Below are positions 49,281-58,981 of a stretch of 64,000 nt of DNA, piece by piece. The position numbers were made by a program, and so were the translations under genes. Below the pieces are notes generated by a model that searched no databases, was not told the origin of the DNA, and saw only the letters and a program-made list of their open reading frames with translations. Numbering within the stretch: the first letter of the stretch is position 1; every line of letters begins with the position of its first letter. Source of the DNA: Pelagomonas calceolata (taxonomy: Eukaryota); assembly GCA_918797485.1 (NCBI GenBank), contig CAKKNE010000006.1:3038001-3102000 (forward strand), in the 5' to 3' direction.

Positions 49281-49673
49281 CTTGGTGGGGCGGGGCAGCT
49301 TGGCTGGCCTCCCTGCGGTCGAGCCAAAGCTTGGAAACAAAGGAAGCTAGTAGCTTTTACGGGATCACGAGCTGACATGCGTCATGGGGCGCGTCGATGG
49401 CGTACTGCGCTTCGGATTCGTGGCTGTAACGGACCCCTCTCAGGCCTGAAAACCCGGCAAATCGAGACCGCTGGACTTGTGACACGCTGCAGTTGCACGT
49501 AGGCCGGCATAGGGCTGTGCTGTTAGCTCGTACGAGGTAGCAGGAGTACGTATTGACAAGTGCAAAGCGATCTCTCGCTTTTGCACACGCGTCCGGGCCG
49601 ATAAAGGCTGCTGCAATTGGGAGAGCATCTCTCTTGCACGCGTGCGTGCCGCACAGCACAAATAGCTGCAACG

Positions 49674-51266
49674 ATGCGCCGCCGCAGCCGCGTCTGGCTC
49701 GTCGCCGTCGCGCACGCACTCACGCCGCCGGCGGGCCTGCGCAAGCTGACGCGCTCCGTCGCGTCGCCCGAGCTGCTCGACCACAACGACGCCGTCACGT
49801 TCCTCCAGGAGACGGGCGTGCCGACGTTTGCCGCTGATGAAGCTTGGCTCGAGCTCGACGACGCCGCGCCGGCTTCGAAGGCCGTGCCCGTCGACGGCGC
49901 CGACGCGATCTTGATCGAGCACGCCCTCTCACCTGAAGAGTGCGAACGGTTGATAAACGAAGCGGAGCGCGCGGGTTTTAGTGAATTCGACGCGGGCAAG
50001 AACACGCACGCCGCTCTACAAGTTTGCGTCCACGAGGCGCTTGAGGCTGCAGCCTGCGCGAGGATTTCAAGACATGTCCCTCGCGAAGTGGAAACATCGA
50101 GATACGCCCACCTCCTGAACCAGCGCTGGCGGTTTTACAGATACGCGGCCGACGGCAAGCAGGAGTTCCGGCCCCACGTCGACGCGGGTTTTCCTCCCTC
50201 GAGCGTTGATGGAGACGCGTTGGTCATGGACGCGCACGATGGCAGGTACGAATCGCGGTACTCGGCTCTCTTCTACCTCAACGACGACTTCGACGGCGGC
50301 GCGACGCGCTTCTACCTGGCGAATAATACAGAAATCGACGTCAAACCGGCACAGGGCGCTTGCCTACTGATAAAGCAAGCCTTGGAGGGCGAGGAGTGGG
50401 AGGTCGCCGACGTCGCCGGCCACGCCGGTACTCAAGTACTCGAAGGGAGGCCGAAGTATGTTATTAGGACGGACTGCATGTATACGACGCAACCCGATCC
50501 GAACGCGCACGCTCTTGAGAGGACCCTGCGACCGTTTTCATCAATCTATGATCGCGAGTTCCTCGAGGCATGTAGACCGTTATACTCGGTGCACATGGGC
50601 GTCGAGAACGCCGCGTCCCTCTTGTATTCTCTGATACGCTTCGTCAAACCACATTCAGTGGTCGAGGTCGGCGCGGGCTACACGTCGCTGTGGTTGTTGA
50701 GAGCTTTGGCGGACAACGACGACGAATTGCAACGATTATCAAAGCTGCAGGAGGAGGGCGGCGCCGATCTGCTGGCGTGGCCCTGGTGCGAACCTATACA
50801 TATCAAAAAATCATCCTTGATCTGCGTCGACAACTGCCGCCACCAGACGTCGACGGCGCGGAAAGTCGAGACCGTGGCCCATGACCTGGATCTAGGCGAT
50901 CGTCTGCAGTTCATCGAGGGCGATGCGTTCGAGCTCTTCCGCGATAGATTTGACGATGAAAGCATAGACTGCTTCTGGCTGGACTTTGGGGTTGGGGATA
51001 GAGTAGCGGACTTCGTGCGGGGTTTGTGGCCGGCCATAAGTCCGGGCGGGTTTGTATTGTGCCACTCGTCGGTGACGAATCGAGGGACGCGACAGTGGTT
51101 GGACGCGGTCCGGCGGAATGAGCCTGAACACGAAACAGGCGTGCCGCCGGGCGAGGCCCACCACATCTCGTTCCTGGAGCCGCACAAGCACTTCCAGAAC
51201 GCTATTACAGTATTACAGAAGCGGCCGGCGGGGTTCGCGGAGCCGCTCTACTCCGAGCGGGCTTGA
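49674..51266 (+). CDS. fusion of a 2OG-Fe(II) oxygenase (P4H-like) and a class I SAM methyltransferase
   Basis: RFYRY..FRPHVD, FYLNDDFDGGATRF, GHAG..KYVIRTD; VVEVGAGYTS, DCFWLD, SPGGFVLCHS. Confidence 0.8.
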   Translation: MRRRSRVWLVAVAHALTPPAGLRKLTRSVASPELLDHNDAVTFLQETGVPTFAADEAWLELDDAAPASKAVPVDGADAILIEHALSPEECERLINEAERAGFSEFDAGKNTHAALQVCVHEALEAAACARISRHVPREVETSRYAHLLNQRWRFYRYAADGKQEFRPHVDAGFPPSSVDGDALVMDAHDGRYESRYSALFYLNDDFDGGATRFYLANNTEIDVKPAQGACLLIKQALEGEEWEVADVAGHAGTQVLEGRPKYVIRTDCMYTTQPDPNAHALERTLRPFSSIYDREFLEACRPLYSVHMGVENAASLLYSLIRFVKPHSVVEVGAGYTSLWLLRALADNDDELQRLSKLQEEGGADLLAWPWCEPIHIKKSSLICVDNCRHQTSTARKVETVAHDLDLGDRLQFIEGDAFELFRDRFDDESIDCFWLDFGVGDRVADFVRGLWPAISPGGFVLCHSSVTNRGTRQWLDAVRRNEPEHETGVPPGEAHHISFLEPHKHFQNAITVLQKRPAGFAEPLYSERA

Positions 51267-51294
51267 GCGCTCCTTGAGAGGTGGGTACCGGCAT

Positions 51295-51382
51295 GTGGTC
51301 TCAGAGACGCCATCGACTCTCTGACGGCCGCGTCGACGCCGTCGCGGCGTCGCGGTCTCGCGAAGACGCCATCGACGCGACC
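51295..51382 (+). repeat. intergenic copy of the 3737-3839 repeat
   Basis: gtggtctcagagacgccatcgactctctgacggccgcgtcgacg...cgacgcgacc. Confidence 0.6.
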
Positions 51383-51475
51383 ACGCCACCCCAAACTTAA
51401 ATATCTGATGTGTAACGATTACAAACAAGTTCCCCGAACACGTGTGTGTTGGGACAATACGATCATGCGAGCGCT

Positions 51476-52264
51476 TCAGCGCCGCTTGTCGACGACGCGG
51501 CCGTCCGCCTGCACAGAAAACTGGCGCCGCCAGTTCCGCCGCTTGTGCGCGAAGACCACCAGCGACCATCGGACGCCTCTCGTGAGGTCCGTCACGGCGT
51601 GGGCCACGTCCGCGCTATGTGCGGCGGCGCTCCCGGCCTGGCGCGGCGCCGTCAGCAGCGCATTGTCCGAGAGCATGACCAGGTCCCCGCCGTCGTACTC
51701 CGACCCATCTACTAAATTGACGGAGATGGACGCGTCGCAGCCGTCGCAGTGGAAGGGTAAGCGCGGCCTGGAGGTCGTCGAGTACTTGCGCACGAACGCG
51801 CTCACCGCCCGCGGCATGACGCCTAGAATCTGGGACGCCGGGGCTAGTAACCGCGCGTAGCCCTCCGAGCCGAGCAGCTCCTTGAGGGCCGCTTTCGGTA
51901 GGTTCGCTTGGTGCGCGGGTGCGCCATCCACCGAATCGACCTCGTTCGACGCCGCGCCGGTCACCGTCGACGGCATGGCCCACTTCGCAAAAGTTATGAG
52001 CCGGTCGCAGTGCTCCTCTGTTACTACGTTATCAAGAGTAACTACGAAGTCGTCCCTCGCCAAGGCTTCTTTGGCCCGTTTTCTGTCAGATGGTTGGAGC
52101 GGTAACATATTGACGAGCTCCTTCGGATTTACGTCAAAGTCGCCTCCCAGGACTCTGTTCACGGGCTTTGGCGTGTTGCTCTGCGAAAGGGCGAAGAGGG
52201 GGTGGGGCTGCGTCGAGGCCTGGAGCGCGGCCGCGGCGGCGAGGGTCGACGCGAGCACGAGCAT
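51476..52264 (-). CDS. 2OG-Fe(II) oxygenase
   Basis: FVRKYS..LPFHCD, EYDGGDL, AHAVTDLTRGVRWSLVVF. Confidence 0.85.
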   Translation of the reverse strand: MLVLASTLAAAAALQASTQPHPLFALSQSNTPKPVNRVLGGDFDVNPKELVNMLPLQPSDRKRAKEALARDDFVVTLDNVVTEEHCDRLITFAKWAMPSTVTGAASNEVDSVDGAPAHQANLPKAALKELLGSEGYARLLAPASQILGVMPRAVSAFVRKYSTTSRPRLPFHCDGCDASISVNLVDGSEYDGGDLVMLSDNALLTAPRQAGSAAAHSADVAHAVTDLTRGVRWSLVVFAHKRRNWRRQFSVQADGRVVDKRR

Positions 52265-52557
52265 GGTTGCTGGCGTGCGGCGCGGCGCACCGATGCGCGT
52301 ATGGCGTCAGGTGCGACGCAGCGTCGCCCCGATGGCGTGTGGCCAGCGGTAATCCTCGCGCTCGCGCTGGCGGCGTCCAGATCTGTCCGGCACCGAGGCT
52401 TGTGGCTTGTGGTGCCAGCAGCTGTGGCAGTGATCAGCGGGAGCTAGACAGCGCGATTCTATGAGTCCAAGGGAGTGTCTGTACGAAGCTGGCAGCTTCT
52501 GTAAGTATGAGGGGCGCCGTTTAAGCCGAAGCTGCCTTGGATGCAAGGCGCTGTTAA

Positions 52558-52577
52558 CTAGTGTAGCGACACACTAG
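52558..52577. promoter_or_regulatory. degenerate CTAG-bounded motif copy
   Basis: ctagtgtagcgacacactag. Confidence 0.4.
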
Positions 52578-52662
52578 GCCAAAAAAACAATTGCTCAGAG
52601 CTAGGCCGCCTAGCCGATAGGAGCCATACGCCATCGACGCGAGAGAAGCACAAAAACACAGC

Positions 52663-53937
52663 TTACACGGCAAGAACCCAGAACTCCATCGTGTGCCGGA
52701 ACGCCGCGAGGCCGCCGGCGTTGCACGGCCCGCGGGCCACGACGTCCAAACCCAACAAATCGAAGAGCGCGTCCCACTCTTTCCTATGTCTGAAGGTCCC
52801 GCGCGGGTCGTGGGCGAAGGCGTTTCTCGCGTCGTCGTCGCTGTCGATGACGTCCTCGAGAACTACCACATATGTCCGGGCGACGCGTCTCGCTTCCTTT
52901 AACAGTGAAATGGTGTCGCCGGCGGCGTGGTGCAAGACGTACGTGAGTAACGCGACGTCGTATTGGTCATCCTCAAGTTCGAGGGTCCTCCCGTCAAAAG
53001 TTCGCACTGGATGCGTTTCAGAGAAGGCGTCGAAGGACCTTGAAAAGAGCGCCGCCGCGGTCGACCCGAGGCCGCGGTTCGTCTCGCCGTCGTCGACGTC
53101 TACCAGATGTATGTCTGGGGCGTCAAGCACCGCAGCAACGATGGCCGTCAGCGTCCCCGTTCCGGCCCCGACGTCCACCAAACTCAATTTCGACGCGCCG
53201 AACCGTGTGGCAAGCTCCCTTATAAAAAACTCGTCGCGCCGCAGCCAAAATTCAGCTACATTCACAAACGTTCCGTTCGAGACTCCTATATAAGTATGTG
53301 GCCGGAGCCGCCAGAGCGGGGCTAGCGTCCGAGGCGCCGGGAGGAGGCTCTCCAACGAACCGAGCTGCCACGACACGTGCGTGGCGATCAATGCTTCTTC
53401 TGCTTCTTTCTCGACGGCGTCCGTTTCAACCGCGTCGAGTGCATAGGATCGCGCGAACGTTTGCACGGCGTCCTTAAGTGATGCGCTAGTGGTAGACTCG
53501 TCAAAAACAACAGCGAGCGCCGGCTGCGGCACGTGCACCACGACGTCCACATCAACAACGGTGGAGATCGGCGCCACCAGACCTACTAATTTAGAAGCGA
53601 GGCGCCGTCTCAATGCTTCGCTCAGGCCCACGTAGCAGACCGCGCCTTTGTCAAGTTTGCGGCAGCGGCTCGTCGCGGTGTTTTGCGAAGCGGCGCAGCG
53701 GTCTCTTGCAGATATCGCGGCCGCTCTTAGACGATCGCGCACGCAGGCCAGGTCGTCGCAGCCCGCGCCTTGCGCGAGCGAGCCGCCGGCGCGGTCCGCG
53801 AGGTCGTCCGCTACGGCGGTTGCGTTCGCAGTCGCGTCAAATAAGGAAGTGACATCCGTGCTGTCTATTCTTAACTCGAGGGCGCACGGCGCGCTCGCTG
53901 TCGCGACGGCGCAGGCGAGAGCTCCTAGAAGCCGCAT
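52663..53937 (-). CDS. secreted/organellar class I SAM methyltransferase
   Basis: signal peptide MRLLGALACAVA; LVDVGAGTG, YDVALLTYVLHH, LLKEARRV. Confidence 0.8.
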   Translation of the reverse strand: MRLLGALACAVATASAPCALELRIDSTDVTSLFDATANATAVADDLADRAGGSLAQGAGCDDLACVRDRLRAAAISARDRCAASQNTATSRCRKLDKGAVCYVGLSEALRRRLASKLVGLVAPISTVVDVDVVVHVPQPALAVVFDESTTSASLKDAVQTFARSYALDAVETDAVEKEAEEALIATHVSWQLGSLESLLPAPRTLAPLWRLRPHTYIGVSNGTFVNVAEFWLRRDEFFIRELATRFGASKLSLVDVGAGTGTLTAIVAAVLDAPDIHLVDVDDGETNRGLGSTAAALFSRSFDAFSETHPVRTFDGRTLELEDDQYDVALLTYVLHHAAGDTISLLKEARRVARTYVVVLEDVIDSDDDARNAFAHDPRGTFRHRKEWDALFDLLGLDVVARGPCNAGGLAAFRHTMEFWVLAV

Positions 53938-54073
53938 CACGGGGGCAGCCTGTGCAGCACGCATCTCTTCACCACGGCGTCGCAGGCATGTGATGGGACG
54001 CCTTCGGCGCCTTGGGCAGCCTTTCCGGCGCGTGGGCGAGCTGTGCGCTGCCAAAGCTGATTCTCTACGATTG

Positions 54074-54095
54074 CTAGTGTCTTACAAGACGCTAG
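54074..54095 (-). promoter_or_regulatory. CTAG-bounded intergenic motif copy
   Basis: ctagtgtcttacaagacgctag between divergent genes. Confidence 0.7.
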
Positions 54096-54302
54096 GGTGA
54101 AATTGTTGCCGGCAAAAGTCCGCAAAACGGCGCCAGATCGCAGCCAAACACAGCACCGGAAGCTCGGTTTAAGCTCGTGCACACGCTGCGCCCCAGCCCG
54201 CGCATCAATTTGTGCCTGAAACGCCAGCGTCTACTCTGAAACTCCTGCGCATTGTCAGGGCCACCGATCTAGACTCCTGCGTCAGCGCCACCGATCAAAA
54301 GA

Positions 54303-54962
54303 ATGGCGTACCCCGGCCACTCCGCCGACGACCTGCAGGAGGACGAGGACGAAGCGAAAGCGTGGATCGAGGCCGTCACTCAATTACAAAAGCCGGACGA
54401 CGAGACCTTCGAGGCCTGGCTGCGGAGCGGCGTCGTCCTTTGTACCCTGTTAAACGCCTTGAAGCCCGGCTCCATTAAAAAAATCTCCACATCACAAATG
54501 CCGTTCAAGCAGATGGAGCAGATTAGTTTATTTTTGAGAGGTATAAGGACATTGGGCGTGCAGGAGTTCGAGGTCTTCGACACGAATGATTTGTATCGAG
54601 GCAAGGACATGAGAAAAGTAGTGCAATGTATTCATAGTATAGGCACCGCTGTAAAAAAGTCGGGTTGGTCTGGGCCGCAGCTCGGCGTCAAAATAGCCTC
54701 GCCGAACAAACGGGACTTCTCGGAGCAGCAGCTGCTCGAGGCTCGTTCAGCGACCTCCAAGTTAACTGTCGGGTCCGCTGGGTTTACGGAGCGGTCAGAA
54801 GTCCTCAAGGAAGGTATTACGTTCGGCAACGACCAGTCCGGCTCCGGGGCCGCCCTAAATTCGCGGCAGACGATGGGCTCGGCCGCGTCCACCGAACGGT
54901 TGGAGGTCATCGACCGGGGCATCACGATGGGGTCAAATGCCGCGACGCGGGACCTCGAGTAA
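54303..54962 (+). CDS. calponin-homology protein (transgelin/calponin-like)
   Basis: WLRSGVVLCTLLNALKPGSI...MPFKQMEQI..F..FDTNDLY...GPQLGVK..NKRDFSEQQL. Confidence 0.9.
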   Translation: MAYPGHSADDLQEDEDEAKAWIEAVTQLQKPDDETFEAWLRSGVVLCTLLNALKPGSIKKISTSQMPFKQMEQISLFLRGIRTLGVQEFEVFDTNDLYRGKDMRKVVQCIHSIGTAVKKSGWSGPQLGVKIASPNKRDFSEQQLLEARSATSKLTVGSAGFTERSEVLKEGITFGNDQSGSGAALNSRQTMGSAASTERLEVIDRGITMGSNAATRDLE

Positions 54963-54977
54963 CAAGTGTTAATGTTA

Positions 54978-56305
54978 TTAGTCACAGTTTGTCATGCGCT
55001 CGATGGCGTCGAGCTGCATCGCCGCCTCCGTGCGGACGACGGGGAGCACGTCCTTGAGCGGCCGCGGCGCCTTGCTCGCATCGAAAACAAACGAGAAGTT
55101 GTTCGTCAGCGTGCTCTCGCGGAGGCCCGGCTTCCACACGGCAGCTGTCACGTCGACGCAGACGCGGCCCTGGTCGCAGACGTGGACGACGTGCGACTTG
55201 AGCGCCAGGAGAGCCCCCACTTCAACTGGTCGCACGAAGTCGACTTGCGCGATGGACCGCGTCGTCGGCGCGCACCTGCGTGACACGCCATCGACGCGGA
55301 CCGTCTCGCGAAAATGACGCCGGTGCGGCACCCCGAGAACGCGTACGCCGTCGCGAACGCTAATTCTAGAGCGTAGCGCATCAGCGCGCCGCCGAAGACT
55401 CGTCCGGCGGTGTTCCGCACTTGCGGCTGGGTGGTTATCGCGTTCTTCAGGGACGTCTCGTGCATCAATACAAAGCCCTCGTCGGCCTGGCCCGGAAAAT
55501 CTCTGGCGATGCGCCCGGGCTTCAGGAGCGCCTCGATCTGCGCGTCGCGCGCCGCGGCGCTCTCCGCTTTCTTGGAAGGATCTTTCGCGGCCTGGCGCTG
55601 CTCTTTTCGCGCGGCCTGGATTTTGGCTGCATCTGCGAATAACCGTTTCTCGGTCTCAGTCTCCGGGGTTAGCGGAGGAACTGTGTGACCTCCAGACCCG
55701 TCCCGCTTCCGGGCCACGAACGTGAAGACGGCGGACAGCGCCACGGCGTCGCTATCTTTGTGGCGAAGCTCGGCCACGATCTCGAGCGAGGACCGCCCCG
55801 CCCAAACCAAACTACCAACCAAATTGTAGTCTTCATCCAACGCGAGCGTGTCGTCCCTGACCTCGAGGCGCTCCATCGACGCCGTGACGAGGATGGGCGG
55901 CGCCGTGTCCGGATTGCCGTCGTCCACATGTAAATACGCCACGCTGCCGGCGAGAGCGTCCATGTCCTCCAAGAGCCGCCCGACTCGTAATGTCCCGAAG
56001 GCCGATTCGTACCTGTTTCTCAGCTCCTTGTCTTGCGTGAGATCATACGCGACGACAACCCTCGAGTCCGCGGGCAGGCGGCTGCCGTCCGGTCTCAGCG
56101 GCGGCGCCTGCGACTCGCGCAGCTTCCAGAGGTGCTGCGTGACGCTCGTGCGGTGCGCGGCGGCTGCCGTTCGCGCGTCGTCGGCTGCTGTAGTGCTCAA
56201 ACAGCGGCAAAGAGCACTCGTGCCGCGCGAACAGCGGCTCAGAGCCGTCCTGGCCAGCAGTCTATGCAGCGGTGCGGCGCGCCTCAGACAGTTGGAAGCG
56301 ATCAT
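54978..56305 (-). CDS. acyl-CoA thioesterase (ACOT9-like, double hot-dog), 2 exons (56305-55332, 55275-54978)
   Basis: GRLLEDMDALAG, LVTAS, WAGRSSLEI, RNTAGRVFGGALMR, AFSG|CAP...VDFVRPVEVG. Confidence 0.88.
55276..55331 (-). mobile_element. short degenerate introner-like intron (GT-AG)
   Basis: internal cgcgtcgatggcgt; TSD remnant gtgccgca/gtgcgcgc. Confidence 0.5.
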
Positions 56306-56412
56306 GATCGCTGCGGTTTATGAACAACTGGTCGTGATGCTTGCGTAAACGAAACAAAATAGCGGTCGAACAGGGCTGTTTTGCAGAATTTTGCTTTGCT
56401 TCTTGTAGAATG

Positions 56413-56434
56413 CTAGTGTCTTACACGCCGCTAG
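56413..56434 (-). promoter_or_regulatory. CTAG-bounded intergenic motif copy
   Basis: ctagtgtcttacacgccgctag between divergent genes. Confidence 0.7.
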
Positions 56435-56642
56435 CTAATTCCGCGGCTCGCGCGCGCCAGCCGACTTTGCCACGCTACGCCCTAAGTTTAAAAAGTAGGG
56501 ACTGTGCCGGTCTATATCTTTGCGCGCTGCAACGTAATTGGACTGGGGACGGCGCTGGGCGGCACACAAAAACACCTTGTGGAGAGCGCAACATCGCAGC
56601 GCGCCCGGGCCGCCGCGACGGACTGCAGACACCACAGATAAA

Positions 56643-58085
56643 ATGGACAGCTCCTCAGACGACGACGACGCCTCGGCCTGCAAACTCCCCGAAAAAGAAA
56701 AAGCGACACTGGCACGCTGGGCGCCCGCGGCCCAGCGGCGCATGCTCGAGCGCCTGGCCGACCGCCCGCCCGTTAGACTTGGCCGCGCAAAACCGCCGCA
56801 GAAGCACGACGTGCCGAATTTGTTTGGCTCGAAGAAGCAAGAGACGGAAATTTTTGAAAGATTAAAGGCCGCGGCGGTGCAAGGCGCGTCGACGTCCCTC
56901 ATACTCTGCGGCCACGCGGGCTGTGGCAAGAGAGCTCATCTCGCCCGAGCGATCGACCGGTTGGATGGAGAAAAGGGAGTACCTCGCTTCGACGTCGCGG
57001 AACTGCACGGTCTCGTGCACGCGGACGCGGCGACGGGTTTGAGAGACCTCGCGCGGCAACTCGACGCCGGTCGTCGGAGGAACGCCACGTCGCGGTACGT
57101 CGACGACCTGGGTATCTTAGTTGAGGAATTGAGAAGACGGCGAGCCGAGCGAAGGGCACCGTTGCTAGTCATTCTCCACGAGCTCGACGCCTTCGCCCTG
57201 CAACCAAGACAAACACTACTCTACGTCCTGTTGGATGCCATGCAGAGTAGACTAGGCTGCGTCATCGTCTGCGGCATCACGCGGGACCACGCCGTGCTCG
57301 AGCTCTTCGAAAAACGGGTCAAGAGTAGATTGCAGAACCATCACGTGGCGTTCAACCGCCCTACAAAAGTTGACATAATACAATTCTTCCAGGATCGGTT
57401 TCGCTTGTGTGGCGAGGATTTGGGTGGCGCTTCCGAGCGACTCATGCAGGAGACGTCTTCCAGGAAACGTCCTCGCGACGAAGAGGACACGCGTGAAATA
57501 TATATCAAAGCACATTCAAAGGCTTTCGAAGCGTGCATCACGGATCCGAGGGTGGCGAAGATGCTCGACGACTCCGTGAGTTGTGGCCGATCGATGCGGT
57601 GGTTTTGTCGCGTCGCGCAGCGGTGCGCGTGCGAGATTAATGAAGACGATCCCCTACTCAGGCCGGCGCATCTGCTCGAAGCGTTTAGAGCTCAGGAGCC
57701 GAATTCGTGTCGGGCCTGGCGCGAGGCGTTGCGGTCGCTGCCGCCGGCGGAGAAGGCTTTGGTGATAGCGTACCTCAAGTTAGAAAGAATAGGCAAACAA
57801 TATTGTCTGGAGAACGCCGCGCACGCCCTCGCGCGCCTGGGCCAGGCGTCCTCCCAAGAGGCCTTCGACGAGGATCGGCTGTTGGAGGCGCAGACGTTAC
57901 TATTAGACAAGTCCATGGTCCTGCTGAGCGCGGAGGCGCGGAACCGGCGCGACGCGCACGTCTTGCGGTTCGCGCCGTGCCGCCTGGCGCCGGCGTTGGA
58001 TGTGGACGACCTGTGGCTGGCGTTAAGAGGCGACGACCTCGGCTGTACCACTACCCTTAGACAGTGGGCGCTGAACCACGTTTGA
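56643..58085 (+). CDS. ORC4: origin recognition complex subunit 4
   Basis: GHAGCGK, LHGLVHAD, ELDAFA..RQTLLYVLLD, LELFEKRVKSR. Confidence 0.88.
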   Translation: MDSSSDDDDASACKLPEKEKATLARWAPAAQRRMLERLADRPPVRLGRAKPPQKHDVPNLFGSKKQETEIFERLKAAAVQGASTSLILCGHAGCGKRAHLARAIDRLDGEKGVPRFDVAELHGLVHADAATGLRDLARQLDAGRRRNATSRYVDDLGILVEELRRRRAERRAPLLVILHELDAFALQPRQTLLYVLLDAMQSRLGCVIVCGITRDHAVLELFEKRVKSRLQNHHVAFNRPTKVDIIQFFQDRFRLCGEDLGGASERLMQETSSRKRPRDEEDTREIYIKAHSKAFEACITDPRVAKMLDDSVSCGRSMRWFCRVAQRCACEINEDDPLLRPAHLLEAFRAQEPNSCRAWREALRSLPPAEKALVIAYLKLERIGKQYCLENAAHALARLGQASSQEAFDEDRLLEAQTLLLDKSMVLLSAEARNRRDAHVLRFAPCRLAPALDVDDLWLALRGDDLGCTTTLRQWALNHV

Positions 58086-58175
58086 GTAGTCTGCCTAACA
58101 ACTTGTGACGTATAAGATCGCGGCGATAGCGTAAGACACAGAATAGTTACTCTCGCGACGACCGACACAGACGCC

Positions 58176-58679
58176 TCATTTGCCACCAAAACCAAGCGGG
58201 TTCGTGAGGTCCTTGGCGAAGCGCTGGAGCGGGTTCGTCGACCGCAGGGCCTCGGCCCGGTCCGCCGGCGTCACGGGGTCGTCCGGGAAAATCGCGCGGT
58301 TGTAGCCATAATCTAAATCGCCCTTGACGCCGGCCTGGCGCGCAACTTGTAATAGCGATTCCTCGTTGCCGAAGATGGACTGGCTGACCGACTCCGTCCT
58401 AGGTACTGTAACACATCCAATAGGAGTCCATTGTTCCGTTCCGGTAGGCGTGACGTAGACGCGGTACTCGGGCACGCCGCTCGCCTTCGCGGCGTCGTAG
58501 GCGCTCGCCGCGCGCTCCTTCTCGACCTTAGCGGCGGTTTTGGGTTTGCTTTTACTGAACTTGTCGTCGCCGAAGCCCTTACGTTTCGCGGCGAGGGCGC
58601 TGATGCGGTGCGTCGCGGCTGGTGCGACCCATGCGTGCGACGCCGCGAGCAGGCATGCGGCGAGGAGGGATCTCGACAT
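58176..58679 (-). CDS. plastid-targeted protein, HHL1-like
   Basis: signal + SHAW presequence; GVPEYRVYV...WTPIGCVTVPR...IFGNEESL...YGYN..FPDDP. Confidence 0.55.
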   Translation of the reverse strand: MSRSLLAACLLAASHAWVAPAATHRISALAAKRKGFGDDKFSKSKPKTAAKVEKERAASAYDAAKASGVPEYRVYVTPTGTEQWTPIGCVTVPRTESVSQSIFGNEESLLQVARQAGVKGDLDYGYNRAIFPDDPVTPADRAEALRSTNPLQRFAKDLTNPLGFGGK

Positions 58680-58981
58680 GTTGGCAGTTCTTCCGTCACC
58701 GGAGTGCAGAGATGATGGCTGTCACACGCAGAGAGATGTGTGAGAGCTGAGGGCGGTTAGGCGCAACGCACTGCAGCAACGCCTCGAATATCTGGTCGTG
58801 AGCTGTCTGAAAGCTACTGGATGCAACCACGAAGGCTTTGGACTGCCTGTATATGGAATGCCGCGGTGGTCAAGCGCGACTTGCGTGTTTTCTAGAGTGT
58901 TTGATACACTATTATTATGGGGCAACTTGGGGCAGCCTCGCAGCACGCTAACAGTGCAAGCCGCCGCCGCATGGGTGGGGC

